From Candidatus Nanoarchaeia archaeon (GTDB lineage Archaea; Nanobdellota; Nanobdellia; Woesearchaeales; UBA583): a stretch of 64,000 nt of DNA. The notes below the pieces were generated by a model. That model was not told the DNA's origin, ran no database searches, and was given only the letters and a program-made list of their open reading frames with translations. The translations under genes and the position numbers were made by a program. This document shows positions 56,356 to 64,000 of this stretch, piece by piece. The stretch lies in the NCBI GenBank assembly GCA_050292425.1, contig JBNKLP010000003.1, positions 7,419-71,418 of the forward strand, read 5' to 3'. How positions within the stretch are numbered: the first letter of the stretch is position 1; each line of letters begins with the position of its first letter.

Positions 56356-57804
56356 ATGGACAAATTTACTAAAATTGTTGCAACTATTGGGCCAGCTTCT
56401 GATAGTATTGAGACTATTGAAAAACTCTATAAAGCAGGCATGAACGTGGCAAGACTTAACTTCTCACATGGTTCATATGAATACTTCACAGATTTAATTA
56501 AAAAAATCAGAAATGTAAGTGAAGATATTGGGATTCTTCTTGACACAAAAGGTCCTGAAATTAGAACTGGAGAAATCAAGGATGGAAAAGTAATTCTAAT
56601 TGATAATCAGGAATTAATAATAACAAACAAGGAAATAATTGGCGATAACAACAAAATAACTCTATTTTATGATGATTTAATGCAACTTGACATAGGAAAT
56701 AGGATTTTAATAGATGATGGTCTAATTGAAACTGAAGTAATAAGAAAAGAAAAGAATGAAATTGTTGTTGAAGTTTTAAATGGTGGAGAACTTGGTTCCA
56801 AAAAAACAGTATCCATTCAGGGACACAGTGTTAACATTCCTTTTTTATCTGAAAAAGATAAAAAAGACATTGATTTTGGTATAGAAAACAATTTTGATTT
56901 CATTGCAGCATCTTTTGTGAGAAATGCTCAGGAAGTTCTTGAATTAAGGGAATATCTCCAAAAAAAGAAATCAAAAATTAGAGTAATCTCAAAAATTGAA
57001 CATGGTGATGCAATAAAGAATATTAATGAAATAATTGATGCCTCACAAGGAATAATGGTTGCAAGAGGAGATCTTGGAGTTGAAATTCCTCTTGAAAAAG
57101 TTCCTATGATTCAAAGGGAGATTATTCATAGGTGTAATGAGCTTGGAAGGCCAGTAATTGTTGCAACACAAATGCTTGAGTCAATGAAAGATAACCCAAG
57201 ACCTACAAGAGCAGAAGTTGCAGATGTAGCTGTTGCAATTTTGCAGGGAGCAGATGCAATTATGCTTTCAGGAGAAACTGCTTCTGGAAAGTATCCTGTA
57301 AAAGCTGTAAAGACAATGGCAAAAATTGCAAAAGAATATGACAAGGTTGTAAAAACTAAAATTCTTGACAATCTTCACTCCGAAAATGTTATGAAAAATC
57401 ATTCAGTTTCACTTTTCATGACAAAATCAGCATATCAAGCCTCTGAAGATCTTAAAACAACAGCAATTCTAACACCAACTGAAAGTGGATTTACTGCAAG
57501 AAAAGTCTCCAGATTCAAGCCTAGATGTCCAATTTATGCAATAACACATGATAAGACAGTTGTAAGACAACTTCAGTTATCTTGGGGAGTGCATCCTATG
57601 CTTGAAGGAGAAGATTCTGTATACAAGGATCATGATGGAATGGTAAACTCACTGGTAAAATACATATATGAAAAAGGTTATGTGGTAGAAGAGAACAAAG
57701 TAGTTGTAACATCAGGTCATACTTTAATGCAGGCGGGACATACAAACATGATTGAGGTCTATGGTGTGAAACATATTCTTGATAGAATCAAGAATTCAAT
57801 CTAA
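56356..57804 (+). CDS. pyk: pyruvate kinase
   Basis: RLNFSHG, DTKGPEIR, MVARGDLGVE, ATQMLESM, plus a C-terminal alpha/beta domain. Confidence 0.95.
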   Translation: MDKFTKIVATIGPASDSIETIEKLYKAGMNVARLNFSHGSYEYFTDLIKKIRNVSEDIGILLDTKGPEIRTGEIKDGKVILIDNQELIITNKEIIGDNNKITLFYDDLMQLDIGNRILIDDGLIETEVIRKEKNEIVVEVLNGGELGSKKTVSIQGHSVNIPFLSEKDKKDIDFGIENNFDFIAASFVRNAQEVLELREYLQKKKSKIRVISKIEHGDAIKNINEIIDASQGIMVARGDLGVEIPLEKVPMIQREIIHRCNELGRPVIVATQMLESMKDNPRPTRAEVADVAVAILQGADAIMLSGETASGKYPVKAVKTMAKIAKEYDKVVKTKILDNLHSENVMKNHSVSLFMTKSAYQASEDLKTTAILTPTESGFTARKVSRFKPRCPIYAITHDKTVVRQLQLSWGVHPMLEGEDSVYKDHDGMVNSLVKYIYEKGYVVEENKVVVTSGHTLMQAGHTNMIEVYGVKHILDRIKNSI

Positions 57805-57815
57805 TTCTTTTTATA

Positions 57816-57961
57816 CCATTTAGGGGTTTTGTCCGGAAATTGTTTTTTTAAATTTTAAAGATAATTATATTCAATCAGATATCTACTTTTATTTATCAAA
57901 AATTGAATTTAATATATTTTCTTTTTAATCAATTTGAATTTCCGGACAGAGCCCATTTAGG
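57816..57961. repeat. MITE-like element: 9-bp direct repeats flanking 12-bp inverted repeats
   Basis: CCATTTAGG at 57816-57824 and 57953-57961. TGTCCGGAAATT at 57830-57841 versus AATTTCCGGACA at 57937-57948. The interior is non-coding and AT-rich. Confidence 0.35.
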
Positions 57962-57996
57962 ATAAAATTTATATATTTTAAACTTCAGATTATATT

Positions 57997-58218
57997 ATGG
58001 TAGAAATAAATTTAAACTCAAAAATAAAACAAGCAAAAATGGGACCTGCAGGTTTATCTTTGGACAAACTAATTGAGCAAGCTCAAGCTGGAGCTGCAGG
58101 ATTTAGTGATGATAGACTAAAAGACTATTCAATAGGAAATAGAAGAGATAATTACATTTCATTAATTGTAAAACAAGATAACAAAGCATATGTTTTTTTG
58201 ATTAAATATAATTCCTAG
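57997..58218 (+). CDS. hypothetical small protein
   Basis: 73-aa ORF. TTTATATA at 57968-57975, 22 nt upstream. Confidence 0.45.
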   Translation: MVEINLNSKIKQAKMGPAGLSLDKLIEQAQAGAAGFSDDRLKDYSIGNRRDNYISLIVKQDNKAYVFLIKYNS

Positions 58219-59186
58219 AAAGGCAAGTACTTAACCTTAATAGTATCAACAAACATTACTGATTTATAATCTCCAATAAGAGTTGGGAATTTCTGTTTCA
58301 AGTCCTTGATAAACTCAAACAACTCAAAATTGTTTTTAATGACTAATTCTATATCCAAATCTTCAATGAAACCAACTCCTTTCACAACATACAAAACTTT
58401 AGGATTGTATTTGATGTATTGGTAGAGTTTGTTTATCTCAGACATTGATTCATAGTTTACTGAAATCCATAATTTATAGTAAGTATGTTCAAGAGTTTGA
58501 TAATTGAGTATTGGTCTGTATCCTTCAATTATCTTTTCATTCTCCATCTTTTTTATCCTGTAACTCACTACTTTTGCAGAAATTTCCAGTTCGTTTGCAA
58601 TTTCAACAAGTGGTTTTCTTGCATTTTCGCATAATTTCTTTAATATTTTCTTATCAGTTTCATCGATTTGTATTGTTTGGTTTGTCTCAAGCAGATGAAT
58701 CTCTTTAGTTTCTGGTTCATTTAGAAGAAACCTATGTTCATAATGAATAACATCAGTTGGAAAATCTTCATGTTTGTCTTTTATATACTTTCCATACTTA
58801 AATAAAAATTTTCTAATGGTTTCCTGAAATTCTAAAATTGATTTTGTCCATACTGCCATTCCAACATCAAAAATTCCTTGCATTGAAAATATCCAGAATA
58901 TTTCTTCTTGTGATTTTAAATAGCTAAAAATTTCTTTTTCAATTTCTTGAGTTGTATTTTTGAATGAGAAAACAAATCTGCAATATTTAAAGCCTAATCT
59001 TGATGAATTAATAATTGGATAAAAACCTCCAATTACTTTTTTTTCAATTAAATTAGTTAATTTGTACTCAACTCCTTGTTTACTTAGGCCTATTTTTTTA
59101 GCAAGTTCTGAATATGTTGCTCTGCCATTTAAATCCAATTCCTTCAATAATTTTTTATCTTTAAGATCTAGTTTGATTTGATTCAT
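58215..59186 (-). CDS. tandem-duplicated Lrp/AsnC-family transcriptional regulator
   Basis: Two HTH_AsnC units (LDLKDKKLLKELDLNGRATYSELAKKIGLSKQGVEYKL; IDETDKKILKKLCENARKPLVEIANELEISAKVVSYRIKKM), each followed by a RAM-like domain. Confidence 0.8.
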   Translation of the reverse strand: MNQIKLDLKDKKLLKELDLNGRATYSELAKKIGLSKQGVEYKLTNLIEKKVIGGFYPIINSSRLGFKYCRFVFSFKNTTQEIEKEIFSYLKSQEEIFWIFSMQGIFDVGMAVWTKSILEFQETIRKFLFKYGKYIKDKHEDFPTDVIHYEHRFLLNEPETKEIHLLETNQTIQIDETDKKILKKLCENARKPLVEIANELEISAKVVSYRIKKMENEKIIEGYRPILNYQTLEHTYYKLWISVNYESMSEINKLYQYIKYNPKVLYVVKGVGFIEDLDIELVIKNNFELFEFIKDLKQKFPTLIGDYKSVMFVDTIKVKYLPF

Positions 59187-59208
59187 TTCTTATCAAAAGA
59201 GATTATTC

Positions 59209-59216
59209 TTTATAAA
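59209..59216 (-). promoter_or_regulatory. TATA box TTTATAAA
   Basis: Exact box, 23 nt from ATG 59186. Confidence 0.6.
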
Positions 59217-59283
59217 TTTGTCGTTTTGTCAAGAAATATGAAAAATAGGTTGATATACTACAAAATACTTATTAGTAATTACA

Positions 59284-59847
59284 ATGAAAATGAAATCATA
59301 TTTAGTAAAGCCAGTACCTACTGAATTAGAACAAAGATTTGGTAAACTATTTGTTCATTCAGGGGCAGAAGAATTATCTCTTAAAGGTGGTGTTGATATG
59401 CATGAAAAAGCAGAGATAATGGATATCTTAATTCAAGATTCAATAACTAAAATTGAAGAATCTCAAGAAATATCTATGTTAACTCCTAATCAAGTCTTTT
59501 TGAATAAATATTGGAATTCAAGAAATTTATTTAGTTCTGATTTGTATGTAGACGCATCTTGTATTTCAAGTGATTTGCAAGAATTTGTTATTTTGACGGC
59601 ATTTAATCAACTTAAAAATGCTCATGTGGATATTTGTTTGATCCAAGAGCGATATAAACAAGATAGAAAAGTTCAATTTTATGATGAGCCAGATATTTTT
59701 GCGATGTTAGGAAAAGAAGATATTAACCCACTTTCATATATTAATGATTTAAAATTCAGAGTTGAATTTATGGGAAAATCTAGAAACTTAGAGAGAAATG
59801 TTTTAAATTTAATAAGACAATCATCACATTTAAAATTATTGGGATAA
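59284..59847 (+). CDS. hypothetical protein
   Basis: 187-aa soluble ORF. No motif recognised. Confidence 0.5.
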   Translation: MKMKSYLVKPVPTELEQRFGKLFVHSGAEELSLKGGVDMHEKAEIMDILIQDSITKIEESQEISMLTPNQVFLNKYWNSRNLFSSDLYVDASCISSDLQEFVILTAFNQLKNAHVDICLIQERYKQDRKVQFYDEPDIFAMLGKEDINPLSYINDLKFRVEFMGKSRNLERNVLNLIRQSSHLKLLG

Positions 59848-59880
59848 AAAGGATAAATTATTAACAAATTGAAATAATCT

Positions 59881-61608
59881 TTATAATTTCTTTACCATAT
59901 AAGGTCCTTCCAATGAATACCCAAACTTAGCGTAGTACTCACGAACTCCAATTCCTGAAATGATACACATCTTCTCATAACCATTTTCCTTTGCGATATG
60001 CTCAGCTCTCTCAAGTAGCTTTCTACCCCAACCTTTATGCTGTACTTTCTCCTCTGAATTCTCACCAACTGATGCTGTCTGTCCATACACATGAAGCTCA
60101 CGAATAAGAGCAGTCTTTGAATCAATCTCCTTCCTTAAACCAACCTGCGAAGGAAACCTAAGACGAATAAACCCAATCATCGTATCTTTTTCATCAACAG
60201 CATCAATAAAATAATCAACTCCGCAAGAACTTTCATATTCCTCAAATTTCACTTCAAATTCGCCCATCTTCACGCCTTGCATTTGTCGAATACCAATTTC
60301 TCTGGCACGAATATCCTTGGATTCAATATTCTTCTCTTTCATATAATCTTCAACATACTGACGAAGATTGGAATTGGCAATTCCATCATTAACAAGTGTT
60401 GTTGGAATGTCCCTTTGAACTCTCATAACTCGAACATAACGAGGAAGTGTCTCATAAACATCTCCAATAATCTGCGCAGCAGTCTTAGTATCAATTGGCT
60501 TGAACTTTCCCATCTCCCACATCTTATACAAAGGAGTTCCTTTAACAACAAGACAGGGATAAAACTTAAGCATGTCAGGTCTAAAAGCAGGCTTGGCAAA
60601 CAAATCAATCAAAGACTGCTTGTCAATATCCAAATCTGAGGCAGGAAGTCCAAGCATCATGTGTGCATTAATCTTAAAACACATATCTTTCATAATCTGA
60701 AATGCCTTTTTAATATCAGCTAAACTATGTCCTCTGTTGGTCTTTTTCAAGCACTCTTCATTAAGTGTCTGCACTCCAACCTCAAATCTGGTACAACCAT
60801 ACTCTAAAGCTTCATTACAATGTTTCTCAAGTGCCCAATCAGGCTTTGTTTCAATGGTAAGTCCAATTGAGCGAATAATTCCTTTTGAATTTCTCTCAAT
60901 TTCTGCCTTATAATCCTTCAATTTTTTTTCTTTCAACTTCAAAACCTTTGCTTTAACACTAGCAGCTCTCTTTACTGAACCAAACTCTTCTTTAACTTCA
61001 AAAAATTCATTAAATTTAGAATAATCTATCTGTTTCTTTCCATTTTTCAAAATAACAAACATTTCACCAAAATCATTAATTGCCTTGTAAACATAATTCA
61101 CAAAAGAATCTCTATATTCTCTCTCCAAACTAGGAAAAGTTCCTCCCATGAATATAAGCTCGATTTTGTCAGGAACATGTCCGTTTATAACATAATGTTC
61201 AAGCCTGTTAAAAATCTGCAAATATGGGTCATAATCATTCCTAATTGCTCTAAGAGCAGCAGGTTCTTGTCCAGTATAAGATTGTGGTGTGTCTCCAAAC
61301 TCACTTCCAGGACCTCCTGGACAATAAATGCACTTTCCATGAGGACAAGAATGAGGCTTTGCAAAAAGAGCAACAACAGTAACTCCAGAAAGCTCCCTAA
61401 TAGGTTTAATATTCAAAATAGAAATAATATCATTCCTTTGTTTATCATTACTATATGCAATAATTTCAGGATTCTTTACTACTCTTTTAATAGAATGCTT
61501 CTTTGCCAAAGTAATTTTAAGTTGGTTCTGCTTGGTCTTAGTAGCATAATTCCCACTTAAAAGTTCTTCAATTAACTCTTCAAAAAACACATTCTCTTTG
61601 GTTTTCAT
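59881..61608 (-). CDS. elp3: Elp3 (radical-SAM + GNAT) tRNA U34 carboxymethyl-modification enzyme
   Basis: Fe-S motif CPHGKCIYCPGG, Elp3 core, and C-terminal GNAT (VQHKGWGRKLLERAE). ATG 61608 preferred over track TTG 61623. Confidence 0.92.
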   Translation of the reverse strand: MKTKENVFFEELIEELLSGNYATKTKQNQLKITLAKKHSIKRVVKNPEIIAYSNDKQRNDIISILNIKPIRELSGVTVVALFAKPHSCPHGKCIYCPGGPGSEFGDTPQSYTGQEPAALRAIRNDYDPYLQIFNRLEHYVINGHVPDKIELIFMGGTFPSLEREYRDSFVNYVYKAINDFGEMFVILKNGKKQIDYSKFNEFFEVKEEFGSVKRAASVKAKVLKLKEKKLKDYKAEIERNSKGIIRSIGLTIETKPDWALEKHCNEALEYGCTRFEVGVQTLNEECLKKTNRGHSLADIKKAFQIMKDMCFKINAHMMLGLPASDLDIDKQSLIDLFAKPAFRPDMLKFYPCLVVKGTPLYKMWEMGKFKPIDTKTAAQIIGDVYETLPRYVRVMRVQRDIPTTLVNDGIANSNLRQYVEDYMKEKNIESKDIRAREIGIRQMQGVKMGEFEVKFEEYESSCGVDYFIDAVDEKDTMIGFIRLRFPSQVGLRKEIDSKTALIRELHVYGQTASVGENSEEKVQHKGWGRKLLERAEHIAKENGYEKMCIISGIGVREYYAKFGYSLEGPYMVKKL

Positions 61609-61631
61609 AAAAATAACAAACAAACTCCTAT

Positions 61632-61946
61632 TTAAAACTCTTCTTCAACTTTTTTTAGATATTTCTCCAAATCCTTGTAATTCTTACTTCTATCTAAAAT
61701 AAACAAAATTTTAACAAATGGTCTTTCTATTGTATAAACAATTCTTAATTCTTTGCTTGTTGTTGTAAACCTAATTCTAAGTAAATTGTATTTTTCAAGA
61801 AATAAACTTTTATTCCTTTTAGGATTAATTTTTAATAGATCCAACTTATAATTTAACTTATCAATTTCATTATTCTTTAAATTTAACTCTTCCAATTGAG
61901 ATAAGAACAATTCAGTAGGTTTTAGCTTAAACTCTTCTATTGGCAT
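61632..61946 (-). CDS. RelE/ParE-superfamily toxin-like protein
   Basis: LLRIRFTTTSKELRIVYTIERPFVKILFILDRSKNYKD resembles ..yKlRvgdYRiiY.i....i.il.i.hRk.vY. Overlaps the upstream RHH gene by 20 nt. Confidence 0.55.
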   Translation of the reverse strand: MPIEEFKLKPTELFLSQLEELNLKNNEIDKLNYKLDLLKINPKRNKSLFLEKYNLLRIRFTTTSKELRIVYTIERPFVKILFILDRSKNYKDLEKYLKKVEEEF

Positions 61947-62193
61947 TCTTTTTTCTTCTTAATACATCTTTTATGTCTTCTTCAGTTCCATACAAATTCT
62001 TTTTGTCTGAAATTTTCTCAATTCTCTGAGTAAGTTCTAATTCTTTTGAAGTTAATTTATTTTCCTCAAATACTTTTTCTCTAATCATTTCTCTGATAAA
62101 ATCTTGTATATTTTCATATCCTAATTCTTCAGCATATGTTTTTGCACCAGTGAAAAGTTTTTCATTCATTCTAAGATTTAATTGAATAGTCAT
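61927..62193 (-). CDS. ribbon-helix-helix (CopG-like) antitoxin-like protein
   Basis: N-terminal beta strand IQLNLRMNEKL, then two helices (GAKTYAEELGYENIQDFIREMIREKV). Located upstream of the toxin. Confidence 0.55.
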   Translation of the reverse strand: MTIQLNLRMNEKLFTGAKTYAEELGYENIQDFIREMIREKVFEENKLTSKELELTQRIEKISDKKNLYGTEEDIKDVLRRKKNANRRV

Positions 62194-62223
62194 AATATTA
62201 TTTAATATTATTTAATATTAATA
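62194..62223 (-). promoter_or_regulatory. three helically phased AATATT palindromes (10-bp tandem unit AATATTATTT) over the TA promoter
   Basis: AATATT at 62194, 62204 and 62214. Units at 62194-62203 and 62204-62213 are identical; the third matches 8/10. They lie directly upstream of ATG 62193. Confidence 0.45.
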
Positions 62224-62240
62224 AATGTTTCGTTTCTAAT

Positions 62241-62594
62241 CTATACTTCTTCAAACTCAATTGCAATAACTCCGTATTTTCTCTCCTTTTCAGGACTGTA
62301 ATACTTGTACTTATCCAAAACAAACTTTTCAACTGGACAACCTTTTGGATATCCAAAATCTTCTAGGGAATACATGCTAAAAACTTCCTTGAAAGTCTTG
62401 AATCTGTGAATTCCTATGACTCTTACCTTCATTCTTCTCTCAATTTCAGGAAGCTTTGCAAACTCAATAATATCACCATATTTCAATTGAGCCTTCTTAA
62501 AATTATTCAATCTAAGTTCAATCTTCTTTTTTCCTTTTACAATTCTTTTGTAATTTTCAGGTGAAAGTTTGAAATGATAAGTATTATTATGCAT
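62241..62594 (-). CDS. ASCH-domain protein
   Basis: FKLSPENYKRIVKGKKKIELRLNNFKKAQLKYGDIIEF beta-barrel start, typical of the ASCH/PUA-like fold. Confidence 0.7.
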   Translation of the reverse strand: MHNNTYHFKLSPENYKRIVKGKKKIELRLNNFKKAQLKYGDIIEFAKLPEIERRMKVRVIGIHRFKTFKEVFSMYSLEDFGYPKGCPVEKFVLDKYKYYSPEKERKYGVIAIEFEEV

Positions 62595-62705
62595 ATTATT
62601 TATCTGTTGTTTTTGTAATATATAAAATTAATTCTTTAAAATTTGTAAAAAATCTAATTTTTTTTACAAATATATTTATTAATAATCAACAATTATACAC
62701 TTTAA

Positions 62706-63272
62706 ATGGGAATTCCTATAGACTGTAATATTGATTTACCTCTTAGATCATCAAGAATTCAAAAAACAGCATTTGAAAGATTAAATTATGAAATTGGTCA
62801 CTTTAGAAAACTGATTTCATTAAGATCCGGAATAATAAAAGATATGTTTTTTCCTCAATTTCCTTCATATCCACTTTTTGAACTAAATCCTATGAGTTTG
62901 GATTACAATGTAATTACAGCATTAAATGCAAATGAAAACAATACTTCTGAGATAATAAATTCAAATTCTCAACTTGAACTTTTATTTTCGTTTGATTTTG
63001 TTCCTCAAGTTCATTTTTCTATGATGGAAAATAATTTTCCTATTAGACACATTGATTCTTATTGTCATGGTCAAATATTGAGAATTGCTGTAGGTCTTGG
63101 TTCTTATCCTATAATTTATGATGGTAAGAATCTAAAAATTGGAGGTATTGAACTTGCTTCAATGTATCTAAAAACAACCAAATCAATTCAAAGAAGTATT
63201 AAATCATTTGGAATAATTCATGATTCAGATATAAGTGAATTAAAAAAACTCAGAAGAACTTTAGTTTGTTAG
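62706..63272 (+). CDS. hypothetical protein
   Basis: 188-aa ORF with an AT-rich TATA-like run about 25 nt upstream. No motif recognised. Confidence 0.5.
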   Translation: MGIPIDCNIDLPLRSSRIQKTAFERLNYEIGHFRKLISLRSGIIKDMFFPQFPSYPLFELNPMSLDYNVITALNANENNTSEIINSNSQLELLFSFDFVPQVHFSMMENNFPIRHIDSYCHGQILRIAVGLGSYPIIYDGKNLKIGGIELASMYLKTTKSIQRSIKSFGIIHDSDISELKKLRRTLVC

Positions 63273-63274
63273 AA

Positions 63275-63712
63275 TTAAACATTTTTTGAAAAATCAATAT
63301 TGAACCTATCATCAGAAAACAGCAAAATGCTCTCAAACTCAAGATTTCCTCTTGGAAACTCTTCAGGATATTGTTTGTGATAGTCTTTTGACTTGTAATA
63401 AGCCTCACCTTCTCCCCCAACAACTCCTTCAGGAAGTCTTTCGTCAAGAAAATACTTCATCACATAAACCTTTCCACCAATCCCATCTATAAACTCGCCC
63501 TGTAAAATTAATTCACTTTCATCTAAATCTAATCCTAATTCCTCTTTAATCTCTCTAATGGCTGCTTGTTTAATACTTTCTCCTTTCTCAAGCTTTCCTC
63601 CCCATCCAACTAATTTATCATGAATCCACTTCATGTGTGGTCTGTCTTTCTTCAGATAATACACCTCATCAGTATTCCTGTCGATAAGATAAACAACAAC
63701 AAACTCTTGCAT
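63275..63712 (-). CDS. NUDIX hydrolase
   Basis: Exact Nudix box GKLEKGESIKQAAIREIKEELGL (Gx5Ex7REUxEExGU). Confidence 0.9.
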   Translation of the reverse strand: MQEFVVVYLIDRNTDEVYYLKKDRPHMKWIHDKLVGWGGKLEKGESIKQAAIREIKEELGLDLDESELILQGEFIDGIGGKVYVMKYFLDERLPEGVVGGEGEAYYKSKDYHKQYPEEFPRGNLEFESILLFSDDRFNIDFSKNV

Positions 63713-63816
63713 AGTAAGATTAGAACTTAATTATTAATAAACTTATCAGAAAAAAAATAAGCTTAAATAAGCTAAATAAAAATTAGAAACTTTTAAAAGT
63801 GAATGTGAAGTAAACT

Positions 63817-64000
63817 TCAAATTAACTTAATCTCAATGTTCAAACCACTAGGGATCTGAATCTTCATGATCATTCTCAAAACTCTTTCGTTGATTTCAAT
63901 ATCCATCAACCTTTTGTGAATTCTCATTTGGTATCTCTCAAATGATGCTTTACCCTCACCATCTGGAGACTTTCTTGTTGTGATTTTCAATTTTTTAGTT
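63817..64000 (-). CDS. rps10: ribosomal protein uS10, 5'-truncated by window edge
   Basis: Reverse frame reads ..[56 protein letters not shown], the typical S10 C-terminus. The frame runs off the window. Confidence 0.9.
   Translation of the reverse strand, partial: TKKLKITTRKSPDGEGKASFERYQMRIHKRLMDIEINERVLRMIMKIQIPSGLNIEIKLI

Overview
This is a gene-dense, AT-rich archaeal chromosome segment with about 88 genes and spacers mostly under 100 nt. It uses the standard genetic code and mostly TAA stops. All coordinates and translations were checked by hand from the sequence; no searches were run.

Archaeal identity rests on these genes:
- translation and transcription: aIF5A, Spt5, RpoK, SecE, eL34, eL40, eL41, uS10, Pelota
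- tRNA/RNA modification and processing: Elp3, Bud32, archaeal PheRS alpha/beta, TrmY, RNase Z
- others: membrane LonB and an A-type ATPase (K-E-C-F ... A-B-D)

The small proteins, patchy metabolism and several bacterial-looking genes suggest a small-genome DPANN-type archaeon. That placement is inference only.

Other core content:
- division and segregation: two FtsZ paralogs, SepF, ScpA, ScpB
- base-excision repair: endonuclease IV, family-4 UDG, Nudix
- metabolism: pyruvate kinase, a sucrose-phosphorylase-family GH13 enzyme
- tRNA-Phe(GAA) and tRNA-Leu(CAA)

Three short genes are missing from the ORF track: eL41 (24604-24708), SecE (45158-45334) and eL40 (52393-52563, minus strand). No rRNA, CRISPR array, transposase or integrase was seen.

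Most noteworthy observations:
1. An apparently intact GGDEF diguanylate cyclase (GGEEF active site plus RxxD I-site).
2. That gene sits in an AT-richer accessory block abutting the 3' end of tRNA-Phe. The block also holds a beta-helix surface protein, a start-less gene remnant, and a lipoprotein plus membrane-tethered Schlafen/AlbA_2 gene pair.
3. Two unrelated secreted proteins share an unfamiliar C-terminal motif (IFPxxGxxSIL-x8-YFL) resembling a sortase-type sorting signal.
4. Phosphoglycerate kinase is fused in frame to a pfkB kinase.
5. The ATPase operon is split by a two-gene insertion and has no subunit I or H gene locally.
6. The palindromic TATA box TTTATAAA lies almost invariantly 22-23 nt from start codons, implying leaderless mRNAs. 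In one case a single box serves two divergent genes.
7. A MITE-like element with a 9-bp direct repeat and 12-bp inverted repeat.
8. An RHH/RelE-like toxin-antitoxin pair with helically phased AATATT repeats over its promoter.
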